From positions 73,690 to 137,689 of the forward strand of contig CAZWFE010000001.1 of assembly GCA_964633145.1 (NCBI GenBank): a DNA stretch of 64,000 nucleotides, in the 5' to 3' direction. Positions 21,745 through 32,238 of this stretch are shown here, one piece after another. Both the position numbers and the translations under genes were made by a program. The notes beneath the pieces were generated by a model that did not search any database, had not been told where the DNA came from, and saw only the letters and a program-made list of their open reading frames with translations. The DNA comes from an uncultured Phaeobacter sp. (GTDB taxonomy: Bacteria > Pseudomonadota > Alphaproteobacteria > Rhodobacterales > Rhodobacteraceae). How positions within the stretch are numbered: position 1 is the first letter of the stretch; each line of letters begins with the position of its first letter.

Positions 21745-21889
21745 TGTGGGCGAAGGTTTGTCAACAGCTGTGGCTGATATTTGACTAGGTGTCAGGACTC
21801 TGTCCTCCTTGACTAGCGCGCTGACGGCCCCAGCGCTGGGCGTGGCTTAAGTATAGCAGTAGAGCACTTAGGTCTCAATCCTTGGTGTG

Positions 21890-23203
21890 TCAATCGGATA
21901 ACTGGGGTGTGGCGTTTAGGATACGCACTTCGCTTTGGGGGAATGGGATGGTGATGTTGTGGGATTGGAACGCGTCCCATAGGGCCAGATAGACATCGCC
22001 GCGGATGTTTGTCAGGCCGGATGTGGGGTCTTTGATCCAGAACCGCAGGACATAATCCACCGAACTGTTTCCGAAATTTACGATGTGGCACACGGGTTTG
22101 CGATCGCCCAAGACGCGCGGGACGGTTAGGGCGGCGTTTATCGCGATGGTGCGAACCTGATGGGGGTCGTCGCCGTAGGCCGTGCCAAAATGCAAGTCAA
22201 GGCGGACAAAATCGTTGGAATGGGACCAGTTGACCACCTGACCCGTGATCAGATCTTCGTTCGGGATCAGGTATTCACGGCCATCGCGGGTGACCACGGA
22301 CACATAGCGCGCGCCCAATGATTCGATCCAACCGAATGTATCGCCCAGGCTGATCACGTCCCCCGGTTTGATGGATTTATCCAGCAAAATGATGATGCCC
22401 GAGACAAGGTTTGATACCACTTTCTGCAGACCAAAACCAAGGCCCACACCGATAGCACCTGACAGCACGGCCAGACCTGTCAGGTCAAAGCCAACCGATT
22501 TCAGGCCCAAGAAAAACGCAGCACCATACAGGACGACCTGCAGGAATTTGATCACCAAGACCTGCATAGATGGCGAAATATCGCTGTTAGATTTGATTTT
22601 CGCGGTGCTGGTGGTCGCGATGAATTTTGCCGCAACAAACAGGCATGTGATGCTAAAGGCGCCCTGCGCCAGCAGCCACAGCGACAACCGGGTGTCGCCA
22701 ATGGTCAGTGCCGCACTGTCAAGCAGCGCGATGGTGTCGTCGGTCAGGTTCAGCACCGATAGGGTGATCCAGATCCAGCCCAGATAGCGGATCAAGGATC
22801 GCAAAAACCCATTGCCAATCATACGGGTCAGGATCGCGATAGTGACCCAGCCCAGTGACAGTTTTGCAGCAATGCCAATCATATAGGACCGGCTGGGCCA
22901 TGTCATTTCCTGCATCACCAGATAGGTCGCCCACGCGAGCACTACAAAAACGATCAGCGTTAATCGATTGCGCAGGGGGGCCAAAATACGCGCACGCCCT
23001 GCGATCAGGGTATCAATTCTGGGCCCCATCACGCGGGCCAACACCCAAGCAGCCAGCGCAATCGCCACGATAATGCCAACCTGATAGGCATTCCAAGGGC
23101 GCAATAATCCTGTCGCGAAATACAACGCCTGATCATACAGGCCCAGCGCAATGTCGCCAGTGTTTTGCGCGCCATCGGGCGCGGTTTGTGTCGTATCTGT
23201 CAT
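21890..23203 (-). CDS. mechanosensitive ion channel, MscS family
   Basis: About 437 aa from the ATG at 23203. Multiple N-terminal TM helices precede the MscS core (VVSNLVSGIIILLDKSIKPGDVISLGDTFGWIESLGARYVSVVTRDGREYLIPNEDL). Confidence 0.8.
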   Translation of the reverse strand: MTDTTQTAPDGAQNTGDIALGLYDQALYFATGLLRPWNAYQVGIIVAIALAAWVLARVMGPRIDTLIAGRARILAPLRNRLTLIVFVVLAWATYLVMQEMTWPSRSYMIGIAAKLSLGWVTIAILTRMIGNGFLRSLIRYLGWIWITLSVLNLTDDTIALLDSAALTIGDTRLSLWLLAQGAFSITCLFVAAKFIATTSTAKIKSNSDISPSMQVLVIKFLQVVLYGAAFFLGLKSVGFDLTGLAVLSGAIGVGLGFGLQKVVSNLVSGIIILLDKSIKPGDVISLGDTFGWIESLGARYVSVVTRDGREYLIPNEDLITGQVVNWSHSNDFVRLDLHFGTAYGDDPHQVRTIAINAALTVPRVLGDRKPVCHIVNFGNSSVDYVLRFWIKDPTSGLTNIRGDVYLALWDAFQSHNITIPFPQSEVRILNATPQLSD

Positions 23204-23364
23204 ATGATGTTCCCCTGACCTGACCACTACAGTACTGCGAACGCATGATTGGATCAATTCAGGAAATAGGCGGTGGAAATATTCCTTGCAATCAAAAAAA
23301 GAATCACTGTTTATTGTGAATTAATTAATGTAAAACAATAAATAATTATTGATGGGGATATAGT

Positions 23365-23928
23365 ATGGAAAGAAAGGTAAAATTGGCCTCGACGGTTTTG
23401 GCGGTATGTGTGTCGACATTCATGGTCTATTGGCTGGTGAATTTGATTTTGACTGTTACCCCTTATGTTGTTGGGGATATGATTTATAAGACCACGACAG
23501 TGCATGACATAGATGGGCGGCTGCACAATGTATATGTCGTGCATCCTGAAGTAACAGTATCTGTCTGGCAACGGTTGCTTTATGGCGTGGCATGGCTGTC
23601 TGTTATTCTTTCGTCATTGGTCGCGTTTTATTATGCTGTGAAACTGTTGTATAAATTTCGGGTGGGTGAATATTTTACGCTGGTCACGACGCGATATCTG
23701 CGAAACATGGGTTTTGCTGTGATGGCGGCCATGATTGGCGACACCCTTTTGCCCAGTCTGGCGCGTATGATCCTGAGCGCGCGAAATCCTGATGGGATGT
23801 TTGGGCCACGCTATTTTTATGATCCCGGCTATATTTCGCTGTTCTTGGCTGGGTTTGGCTTTGCCATTATCGGTTGGGTGTTTCACGAGGCCCGTAAAAT
23901 TCAGATCGAAAATCAGGAATTTGTGTAA
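23365..23928 (+). CDS. DUF2975-like polytopic membrane protein
   Basis: 187 aa with 4 hydrophobic segments. It lies in a low-GC context and is translationally coupled (TAATG) to a small HTH regulator. That pairing is the typical context of DUF2975 proteins. Family assignment is from memory of the architecture, not from a search. Confidence 0.5.
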   Translation: MERKVKLASTVLAVCVSTFMVYWLVNLILTVTPYVVGDMIYKTTTVHDIDGRLHNVYVVHPEVTVSVWQRLLYGVAWLSVILSSLVAFYYAVKLLYKFRVGEYFTLVTTRYLRNMGFAVMAAMIGDTLLPSLARMILSARNPDGMFGPRYFYDPGYISLFLAGFGFAIIGWVFHEARKIQIENQEFV

Positions 23929-24131
23929 TGGCCATTGTTGTACGTTTGGACGTTATGTTGGCCACACGCAAAATGAAATCGCGCGAATTGGCGGAAAGGA
24001 TTGGCATCACCGAACAAAACCTGAGCCTACTGAAAAGCGGCAAGGTCAAAGGCATCCGTTTTGACACCCTGTCTGCCATTTGCCGTGAATTGGAATGCCA
24101 GCCCGCGGATTTATTGGAATACACAGAATAA
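23928..24131 (+). CDS. small XRE-family helix-turn-helix regulator (YozG-like)
   Basis: The 67-aa product is MAIVVRLDVMLATRKMKSRELAERIGITEQNLSLLKSGKVKGIRFDTLSAICRELECQPADLLEY. This is the classic Cro/C1 HTH of the YozG type. Confidence 0.8.
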   Translation: MAIVVRLDVMLATRKMKSRELAERIGITEQNLSLLKSGKVKGIRFDTLSAICRELECQPADLLEYTE

Positions 24132-24347
24132 CGCACCCACAGAGATGGCCCCATGCAACAATACTTGAAGCGCGGGCCATTTCGTCGTATGTGGGTATGC
24201 ATGAAAGCCCGAGTCTTTACCATTGATGATCGCACACGACTGCCTTGGCGGTTTTTTGGTGCGATGCACACTGTGCTTGCCAGCCTTTGACGCTGGCCCC
24301 ATTCGGATTCACCAAATTTTCAAAACTCTAGCGGGAGAGGATTAAAA

Positions 24348-25757
24348 ATGACCGCCCCCAAGACCCTTTATGATAAAATCTGGGACGCCCATGTTGTGTC
24401 TGAGGACGCAGATGGCACCAGCCTGTTGTACATCGACCGCCATTTGGTTCACGAAGTGACCAGCCCCCAAGCGTTCGAAGGATTGCGCATGGCGGGCCGC
24501 CAAGTGCGCGCGCCTGAAAAAACCATCGCTGTGCCGGATCACAACGTGCCGACCACACTGGACCGCGCATCCGGCGTGATCGAAAACGAAGAAAGCCGTA
24601 TCCAAGTCGAAGCACTGGACAAAAATGCGCGTGATTTCGGTGTTCATTATTACCCCGTGTCTGACGTGCGTCAGGGGATCGTGCATATCGTTGGCCCAGA
24701 ACAGGGTTGGACATTGCCCGGTATGACCGTTGTCTGTGGTGACAGCCACACCGCGACGCATGGCGCATTCGGCTCGCTGGCCCATGGTATCGGCACGTCT
24801 GAGGTGGAACACGTGCTGGCCACGCAAACCTTGATCCAGAAGAAATCCAAAAACATGAAGGTGGAAATCACCGGCAAATTGCGCCCAGGTGTGACCGCCA
24901 AGGACATCACATTGTCCGTTATCGGTGCCACAGGGACCGCAGGCGGCACAGGCTATGTCATCGAATATTGCGGCGAAGCGATCCGCGATCTGTCGATGGA
25001 GGGTCGCATGACCGTCTGTAACATGGCCATCGAAGGCGGCGCGCGCGCTGGCCTGATCGCGCCAGATGAAAAGACGTTCGAATACTGCAAAGGTCGCCCA
25101 CACGCCCCCAAAGGCGCCGCATGGGAAGCCGCTGTTGCATATTGGAAAACCCTGTTCACCGACGAAGGTGCGCATTTCGACAAGGTCATCACAATCGCAG
25201 GCGAAGATATCGCCCCCGTTGTGACATGGGGCACATCGCCCGAGGATGTGTTGCCGATCACCGCAACCGTTCCCGCACCTGAGGATTTCAAAGGTGGCAA
25301 GGTTGAGGCCGCAAAACGCGCCTTGGATTACATGGGCCTGACGGCGGGTCAAAAACTGACCGATATCGAAATTGATACCGTGTTCATCGGATCCTGCACC
25401 AACGGCCGCATCGAAGATTTGCGCGCTGCTGCGGAAATCCTGAAAGGCAAGAAAGTCAAAGACGGCATGCGTGCCATGGTCGTTCCTGGGTCTGGTCTGG
25501 TTCGTGCCCAAGCCGAAGAAGAAGGCCTGGCCGACATCTTTAAGGACGCAGGTTTCGAATGGCGTATGGCGGGATGTTCTATGTGTTTGGCGATGAACCC
25601 AGATCAGCTGGCCGAAGGTGAACGCTGCGCATCCACATCCAACCGCAATTTCGAAGGCCGCCAAGGGTACAAAGGGCGCACGCACCTTGTGTCCCCCGCC
25701 ATGGCCGCAGCTGCTGCAATCACCGGCAAACTGACCGACGTACGGGAGATGATGTAA
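24348..25757 (+). CDS. leuC: 3-isopropylmalate dehydratase large subunit
   Basis: 469 aa aconitase-family protein. Motifs are [23 protein letters not shown] and [11 protein letters not shown]. Confidence 0.97.
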   Translation: MTAPKTLYDKIWDAHVVSEDADGTSLLYIDRHLVHEVTSPQAFEGLRMAGRQVRAPEKTIAVPDHNVPTTLDRASGVIENEESRIQVEALDKNARDFGVHYYPVSDVRQGIVHIVGPEQGWTLPGMTVVCGDSHTATHGAFGSLAHGIGTSEVEHVLATQTLIQKKSKNMKVEITGKLRPGVTAKDITLSVIGATGTAGGTGYVIEYCGEAIRDLSMEGRMTVCNMAIEGGARAGLIAPDEKTFEYCKGRPHAPKGAAWEAAVAYWKTLFTDEGAHFDKVITIAGEDIAPVVTWGTSPEDVLPITATVPAPEDFKGGKVEAAKRALDYMGLTAGQKLTDIEIDTVFIGSCTNGRIEDLRAAAEILKGKKVKDGMRAMVVPGSGLVRAQAEEEGLADIFKDAGFEWRMAGCSMCLAMNPDQLAEGERCASTSNRNFEGRQGYKGRTHLVSPAMAAAAAITGKLTDVREMM

Positions 25758-26362
25758 TGGAAAAATTCCAAAAACTAAGCGGTATCGCCGCGCCGATGCC
25801 TTTGGTTAATATCGATACGGATATGATCATCCCCAAGGTATTTTTGAAAACGATCAAGCGGTCGGGCTTGGGTGTCAACCTGTTTGACGAAATGCGCTAT
25901 GACCGTCAGGGCAATGAAATTCCTGATTTCGTGTTGAACAAACCACAGTATCGCGATGCACAGATTTTGGTTGCGGGCGATAACTTTGGCTGTGGGTCGT
26001 CACGCGAACATGCGCCTTGGGCGATTGCGGATTTCGGCATCAAATGTGTGATTTCGACATCATTCGCCGATATCTTTTTCAACAACTGTTTCAAAAATGG
26101 CATCCTGCCAATCGTCCTGCCCCAAGAACAGGTCGATATGTTGATGAAAGACGCCGAAAAAGGCGCAAATGCGCGTATGGAAGTGGATTTGGAAGAACAG
26201 ACCATCACCACATCCGATGGCGAGGTGATCAAATTCGACGTCGATGCGTTCAAAAAACATTGTTTGCTGAACGGTTTGGACGATATCGGTCTGACCATGG
26301 AAAAGGCAACTGCCATCGACGCATACGAAGAGCGTGCGAAACAATCCTTTCCTTGGGCCTAA
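25757..26362 (+). CDS. leuD: 3-isopropylmalate dehydratase small subunit
   Basis: 201 aa. The start overlaps the leuC stop. Motifs are [10 protein letters not shown] and [16 protein letters not shown]. Confidence 0.95.
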   Translation: MEKFQKLSGIAAPMPLVNIDTDMIIPKVFLKTIKRSGLGVNLFDEMRYDRQGNEIPDFVLNKPQYRDAQILVAGDNFGCGSSREHAPWAIADFGIKCVISTSFADIFFNNCFKNGILPIVLPQEQVDMLMKDAEKGANARMEVDLEEQTITTSDGEVIKFDVDAFKKHCLLNGLDDIGLTMEKATAIDAYEERAKQSFPWA

Positions 26363-26387
26363 TCATACCCAAGGCCGGAACAAAAAA

Positions 26388-26419
26388 ATGGGTAGCCGCG
26401 GGGCTGCCCATTTTCGTTT
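26388..26419. terminator. rho-independent terminator after leuD
   Basis: The sequence is AAAAAAATGGGTAGCC-GCGG-GGCTGCCCATTTTCGTTT. The 10-bp stem includes one G-U pair, with an A-run upstream and a T-rich tail downstream. Confidence 0.6.
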
Positions 26420-26618
26420 GATGATGCAGGTGTGCTGATTATTCAGCGGCCGCAATTTTTTCGCGTTTGCTGTCCCGATACAGCGCCTTGGCCAAGGCGA
26501 TGCACCGCCTTTCAATCGAATTCGGTTTTTGCACGGTATTTTATCGGTGTATTGTGTGGCAGGCGTATTTGAGGATTTCATATTTGGATCAGGGACCAGC
26601 AACCTTGGTCAATTCTCT

Positions 26619-27248
26619 ATGTTTTTGGGCCGTATATTGGATTTTACCGGATCCCCCATTGATATGCTGATGATGAGCATACCAAGCGATCTGCCCAAGC
26701 CCGTTTATCAATCGATACGCGCCGCAGGGGGTGTTACCCTTGGACTGTCGTTGGTCAGTATTTTGGCGTTTTGGGCCTATATCAAAACCACCAATTGGCC
26801 CGTTGCGCGGGGGCAATTTAATGTTTGGGTCAATTTGCCAATGATGGATCCCACGCGTGGGAAAGATTTGGCAAAACGCATGCGCCGTCGTGCGCAGATT
26901 AACATCAGGTTGGGTATGGTGTGTTTATTCGCTGTTTTGATTTTGTTCAAAACGGTATCGCTGATTTTTGGAAATACTTTGTTTCAGGATCTGATCGTCT
27001 TGATTTGGATCATCATTCTGTGGGGCGGGATTCCCACAACGATGATTATGCGCGGTCTAGCCATGGCGCGTTTGGCAACTGAGATTGAAAAAAACAAATG
27101 CAAGGTGCAACAAAATCGGACTTGCAGGCGGCCTAGTTGCGTTGCTTTCTTGACCATCTGCGCACAAATGGTTAGGCCAGTGTCCAAGGATTCAAACCCA
27201 AGGACAGCAAGATATGAGCAACCCTTCATTATTAATTTTACCCGGTGA
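26619..27248 (+). CDS. hypothetical small membrane protein (about 3 TM) inserted between leuD and leuB
   Basis: The track ORF is 26529..27248 (TTG start); the internal ATG at 26619 is used here. Hydrophobic segments are [39 protein letters not shown] and [21 protein letters not shown] recognise no motif. The 3' end overlaps the leuB start by 35 nt. There is no convincing SD. Confidence 0.35.
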   Translation: MFLGRILDFTGSPIDMLMMSIPSDLPKPVYQSIRAAGGVTLGLSLVSILAFWAYIKTTNWPVARGQFNVWVNLPMMDPTRGKDLAKRMRRRAQINIRLGMVCLFAVLILFKTVSLIFGNTLFQDLIVLIWIIILWGGIPTTMIMRGLAMARLATEIEKNKCKVQQNRTCRRPSCVAFLTICAQMVRPVSKDSNPRTARYEQPFIINFTR

Positions 27249-28320
27249 CGGGATCGGCCCAGAAGTCATGGCAGAAGTACGCAAAGTTATCGGTTGGTAT
27301 GGCGCCAAGCGCGACCTAAACTTTGACGTGTCAGAGGATTTGGTCGGTGGTTGTGCTTATGACGCACACGGCACGCCACTGCACGACGACACAATGGCCA
27401 AAGCACAAGAGGTTGATGCCGTTTTGTTGGGGGCTGTGGGCGGACCGCAGTATGATGATCTGGATTTCAACCTAAAACCAGAACGCGGCCTGTTGCGTCT
27501 GCGCAAGGAAATGGACCTGTACGCCAACCTGCGCCCTGCGCAGTGTTTCGATGCGTTGGCAGATTTTTCATCCCTGAAAAAGGATGTGGTTGCAGGTCTG
27601 GATGTGATGATCGTGCGCGAACTGACATCCGGTGTTTATTTCGGTGAACCGCGCGGTATTTTCGAAGAGGGCAACGAACGCGTTGGCATCAATACACAGC
27701 GTTACACCGAAAGCGAAATCGCACGCGTGGCGCGCAATGCATTTGAAATGGCGCGCCGTCGTAACAACCGCGTCTGTTCGATGGAGAAAGCAAACGTCAT
27801 GGAATCTGGCGTGTTGTGGCGCCGCGTTGTCGAAGAGGTCCACAAAGCCGAATATTCCGACGTTGAGCTGACACATATGTATGCTGACGCAGGTGCAATG
27901 CAGCTGACCCGCTGGCCCAAACAATTCGACGTGATTGTAACGGATAACCTGTTTGGCGATTTGTTGTCTGATTTGGCAGCGATGCTGACAGGGTCATTGG
28001 GCATGTTGCCATCTGCATCATTGGGCGCACCCATGGCGAATGGTCGTCCCAAGGCATTGTATGAACCCGTCCATGGATCCGCCCCCGATATCGCAGGCCA
28101 GGGCAAAGCAAACCCGATTGCCTGCATTCTGTCGTTTGCAATGGCACTGCGCTACAGCTTTGACCAAGGTGTCGAGGCAGACCGTTTGGAAAAAGCGGTT
28201 GAAACCGTGTTGGCGGATGGATTGCGCACAGCTGATTTGCTGGGCCAAGAGGGTGTCGCACCCGTATCTACATCGCAAATGGGCGATGCAATTATCGCGG
28301 CCTTGGACGCAAGCCTATAA
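27214..28320 (+). CDS. leuB: 3-isopropylmalate dehydrogenase
   Basis: 368 aa. Motifs are [17 protein letters not shown] and [26 protein letters not shown]. Confidence 0.95.
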   Translation: MSNPSLLILPGDGIGPEVMAEVRKVIGWYGAKRDLNFDVSEDLVGGCAYDAHGTPLHDDTMAKAQEVDAVLLGAVGGPQYDDLDFNLKPERGLLRLRKEMDLYANLRPAQCFDALADFSSLKKDVVAGLDVMIVRELTSGVYFGEPRGIFEEGNERVGINTQRYTESEIARVARNAFEMARRRNNRVCSMEKANVMESGVLWRRVVEEVHKAEYSDVELTHMYADAGAMQLTRWPKQFDVIVTDNLFGDLLSDLAAMLTGSLGMLPSASLGAPMANGRPKALYEPVHGSAPDIAGQGKANPIACILSFAMALRYSFDQGVEADRLEKAVETVLADGLRTADLLGQEGVAPVSTSQMGDAIIAALDASL

Positions 28321-28327
28321 AATCAAT

Positions 28328-28359
28328 TTGGCAAGGGGTTCAAAATTTCCCCTTGCCAA
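28328..28359 (+). terminator. hairpin after leuB (terminator-like, no clear U-tail)
   Basis: The sequence is TTGGCAAGGGG-TTCAAAATTT-CCCCTTGCCAA, a perfect 11-bp stem. Confidence 0.45.
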
Positions 28360-28402
28360 GCCCCGATCACCTGTGATTGAGCTAACATGTTAGCGGAAAC
28401 AA

Positions 28403-29365
28403 ATGATCAGGTGTGATATGTCCCCAAATGCCAAAGGTGCGATTTATGCGCTGCTGGGCTTTGCCCTATTCTCGGCGCATGATGTCATTGTAAAATACCT
28501 TGGAGGCAATTACTCGACGTTCCAAATCCTGTTTTTTTCGGTGTTGTTTAGTTTTCCGATGGTGCTGACAATGCACCTGCGCGAACGCAGCAGTCAGGAT
28601 TTAATTCCCAAACATCCGTGGTGGTCAACCCTGCGTGTGCTGGCGACGGTGATCACCGGTATTTCGGCATTTTATGCCTTTTCTGTGCTACCTATGGCGC
28701 AGGTCTATGCGTTTTTGTTTTGTATGCCATTGGTCATCACTGTGTTGTCGATCCCCATTCTGGGCGAAAAGGTGGGGATTCACCGTGGCGGTGCCGTCAT
28801 TGTCGGGTTGATCGGCGTGATGATCGTTCTGCGTCCTGGATCGACCGAATTTACCCTAGGCCATATCGCGGCGCTAACGGCGGCGATGTTTGGTGGCTTG
28901 GGATCATTGATCGTGCGCAAAATTGGCAAGGATGAACGCAATATTGTGTTGTTGTTATACCCAATGTTTGCCAGTTTGTTGTTGATGGGCGCGTTGATGC
29001 CACCGTCCTATGTGCCGCTAAAATTGCTGGATCTGGGCGCGCTTGCCTTGATGGCGATTTTGGCATCGACGGCACAGCTGTGCATTATCCTGGCCTATAA
29101 ATCTGGCGAAGCAGCCGTGGTCGCACCAATGCATTATTCCCAGATGATCTGGGCGATTATTTACGGATTTTTCATTTTCCAAGAATGGCCAGATGCGATG
29201 ACCCTGATTGGCAGTTTGGTGATTATTGCCAGTGGCAGTTACGTGGTGTTCCGCGAAAGCCGCAAAAAGGTGTCGCAAAACACCCCCGTTTTGCGCAACC
29301 GCAGCCGTGCCGATACCGGCACCGTGCCACGCATCAGTTTTTTGGACAAAACGATCAAAAGCTAA
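28403..29365 (+). CDS. DMT (EamA-type) family transporter
   Basis: 320 aa with about 10 hydrophobic helices in two EamA-like halves. An alternative ATG lies at 28418. Confidence 0.8.
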   Translation: MIRCDMSPNAKGAIYALLGFALFSAHDVIVKYLGGNYSTFQILFFSVLFSFPMVLTMHLRERSSQDLIPKHPWWSTLRVLATVITGISAFYAFSVLPMAQVYAFLFCMPLVITVLSIPILGEKVGIHRGGAVIVGLIGVMIVLRPGSTEFTLGHIAALTAAMFGGLGSLIVRKIGKDERNIVLLLYPMFASLLLMGALMPPSYVPLKLLDLGALALMAILASTAQLCIILAYKSGEAAVVAPMHYSQMIWAIIYGFFIFQEWPDAMTLIGSLVIIASGSYVVFRESRKKVSQNTPVLRNRSRADTGTVPRISFLDKTIKS

Positions 29366-31505
29366 GCATTCAAGAACAGATGTAATTTTTGTTCCAGCGT
29401 GCAAATTTCGACTGGTTTGGCAATGTAATCATCCATTCCAGATGCAAAACATTTATCGGCATCACCCTTTAACGCATTGGCAGTGATGGCGATGATGGGG
29501 GTGCGGTCCAGCCCCTGTTCCAGTTCCGCGCGGCGAATGGCCTGTGACATTTCGAAACCGTCCATAATGGGCATGTGGCAGTCCGATAAAATTACGTCAA
29601 ATGACCCGTTCTGCCACGTCTTAAATCCATCCTGACCATTTTTAGCAACCAGTGGTTCGTATCCCAGTACCTCTAGCTGTTTGATCAAAACGACCCTGTT
29701 GATTTCGTTGTCTTCAACAATCAACAGCCGCTTGCTTTGTCGATGTTCTTTCGTTTCGGTGGGCAGTTTTATGGTTTGCGCGTCGCGGGATGGCTGGCGT
29801 GTTTCGTGTGCCCTGCCCGATAAAACCGCCAAAGCGCGGTGCAATTCGGTGGGCAGCATTGGGAACATTTGGATCCGCATGACGTCTGGTTGAATTAACC
29901 CCAGACGGTCGGACCGAATATCCGTCATCATAATGAAACGCGGCGTAGGCAGGGCTGCACGGATTTGGTCTTGCCAATCGCTGCACAGGTCATAGTCGGG
30001 CGAAAAAAACGCAAAAATACGATCCGGGTCATGACCGATTTGGGATGGTGTCAATGTCTTGTCTGCCTGAATGATCTGCAGATCAATACCATGCTTTGCG
30101 AAAAATTCGTCTATGCGTTTGGGCAAAAAACCGTCTTTGTGTGTGACCCAGCCAACACTAAGACCCTGCAGAGATGTAGGTTTTTGATGGGATGCCGCTT
30201 CGACAGTACGGATCGGGATTTTGACTTGGACCTTTGTGCCCTGATTTGGGGCGCTTTCAACGTCTATGGTGCCTTGCATTTTGTCGACCAACATGCGCGT
30301 TATCACCAACCCTAACCCCGTGCCCGTCACGCGCCGCGTAGATTTATTGTCCGCCTGCATAAAGGGTTGGAACAAATTTTCCAAAACCTCATTTGACATG
30401 CCGATCCCATTGTCCGAAATGTAATCAGCAGTTCACCGTCGTTGGGATAATCCACAAAAAAGTAGACTTCGCCCGTGCGGTTGGTCAATTCATGCGCAGA
30501 ATATTTAATCGAATTCGACAACAGGTTTAACATGATCTGCCGCAGTCGTCCGCTGTCGATCATAATGTGATCGGGAACATCGGGATCGACAAACAAACGG
30601 ATGCGTACAGCGAACTGATCGGCCATGTTCTGCAGGGTTACGGCGACCTCTTCGATCGTGTTGCGCAAATCGGTGACCACGGGCGACATGTCCAATTTGC
30701 CCGCCTCAAGCTTTGAGGCATCTAAAATATCGTCAATAATACGCAATAATGAAAATGCATAATTTCGAACTGTTCCCAGTATTCGGGACTGATCGGCGTT
30801 GGGTTGCATTGTTTCCAACACCTCGATCATGCCGATCACGCCATTCATGGGGGTGCGAATTTCATGGGACATATTGGCCAAAAATTCGCCCTTGGCTGTT
30901 GCGGCCGCTTCGGCGGTGCGGCGGGCGGACTGCAGGGCGTCTTCGGTTTGGTTGGTGACGCTGGCGAAAAACGCCAATTCGGCAACCAGCAAAACCGCGA
31001 CTGTTGCTTGCAGGCTATATCGGACGATATCGGGCGAAATGGTTGAATTTACGGGGGCTATTCCGAAAACGGCTTGGGATGCGCTGGTCAGACCGAACAG
31101 AACAATTGTCAACCAAGCCAGTGCCGGGACTAATAGGAATGTAATCAGGTAATATTTTTCTGTTTTCCACGAAAATGCCAGGAACGGCAGGCAGATTAGT
31201 GGTAAAAACAAAATCTCAACATGTGTGCCCTGTTGCGAAAACATGGATCCCAGAAACAGCGTAATTGTTCCATTGGTCAGCCAAGTCACGCGGGCCAATT
31301 TGTGCAAGTTCCATTTGAACAGGACCAGCGTCATCGCATAGGCGGCGGTTACCAAGGCGCAGATGGTAAATGCCGCCATTTCGCCCAGGGCCAGCAAAAT
31401 CAATGCCCACAGGCTAGCTGCAACGATAATCACATAAACTGCCAACAGACTAACGCGCAGTCTGCGTTGCAAATCCAGATGTCTGGTCTCTGACTCGTAC
31501 TTCAT
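29362..31505 (-). pseudogene. hybrid sensor histidine kinase/response regulator interrupted by a 1-nt frameshift in the HATPase G1 box
   Basis: ORF 30327..31505 encodes the TM sensor, HisKA ([15 protein letters not shown]) and the N-box ([15 protein letters not shown]), and ends ...[17 protein letters not shown] 29362..30399 continues in another frame. Read upstream of its ATG, that frame gives [23 protein letters not shown] ... TGTGLGLVI, followed by a REC domain (LLIVEDNEINR ... DVILSDCHMPIMDG ... AITANA). The frames join at the A/T run at 30417-30419. Confidence 0.75.
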
Positions 31506-31635
31506 TCACTACCCTTACCTAGAACAATCCTTTCTTTCCTGCCCCTGCAGGTCAAGTAGAGTTTGCACTGGGTTTGTATCCGCCTTGCATTTCTGCCAAA
31601 GTTTTGTGACAAGGTTCACAAAAGGAGTGTTGCCC

Positions 31636-32238
31636 ATGACACACGCCCTGCTCGTGATTGATGTTCAAAACGATTTTTGTCCCGGCGGCCTATTGGCGGT
31701 TGCGGATGGGGATCAGGTCGTGCCTGTTATCAATAAAATGATGGGCGCATTCGATTTGGTCGTCGCGACCCAAGATTGGCATCCCGCGGGACACTTATCC
31801 TTTGCCTCGGCACATCCGGATCGGGCCGCGTTTGATATGGTGCAGATGCCCTATGGCGATCAGGTGTTGTGGCCTGACCATTGTGTGCAGGGCAGTGATG
31901 GTGCGCAATTTCACCCCGATTTGAACGCCGATCCTGCCGCATTGATCATTCGCAAGGGCATGAACCCTGCCATCGATAGTTATTCGGCATTTTTCGAAAA
32001 TGACCGTAAAACAGCCACAGGGTTGCATGGGTTTTTGCAGTCCCAAGGCGTGGATCAGGTGACCATCGTTGGGCTGGCCACGGATTATTGCGTGAATTAT
32101 TCGGCACAGGACGCGGCCACGTTGGGCTATCGTGTACGGGTGGATTTATCGGCATGCCGTGCAATTGATTTGAATGGATCGTTACAGGCGGCCTTGGATG
32201 ATATGGCGGGCTTGGGTGTAGAGGTAATCAATGGTTGA
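31636..32238 (+). CDS. pncA: nicotinamidase (isochorismatase family)
   Basis: The ATG at 31636 follows AAAGGAG. The N-terminus is MTHALLVIDVQNDFCPGG and ATDYCV is present. The gene overlaps pncB by 8 nt. Confidence 0.88.
   Translation: MTHALLVIDVQNDFCPGGLLAVADGDQVVPVINKMMGAFDLVVATQDWHPAGHLSFASAHPDRAAFDMVQMPYGDQVLWPDHCVQGSDGAQFHPDLNADPAALIIRKGMNPAIDSYSAFFENDRKTATGLHGFLQSQGVDQVTIVGLATDYCVNYSAQDAATLGYRVRVDLSACRAIDLNGSLQAALDDMAGLGVEVING

Noticed and set aside
24132-24347. Possible leucine leader peptide or attenuator upstream of leuC. It includes a 45-codon ORF starting ATGCAACAATAC, a 7-bp stem (ATCGCAC ... GTGCGAT) and a GCCAGC-N7-GCTGGC hairpin.
   Set aside because: The small ORF has no run of Leu codons. 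The hairpins are short and lack a U-tail. There is no SD in front of the ORF.
24342-25685. Very long antisense ORFs opposite well-supported genes. Examples: 447 aa opposite leuC; 3116..3985 and 4043..4738 opposite carB; 49601..50632 opposite serA/serC; 32717..33277 opposite pncB; 62301..62930 opposite the aminotransferase.
   Set aside because: Their products are low-complexity and rich in R, G, A, H and C, with no motifs. They lie exactly antisense to genes that have unambiguous family signatures. This is the typical shadow-ORF artefact of moderately GC-rich DNA.
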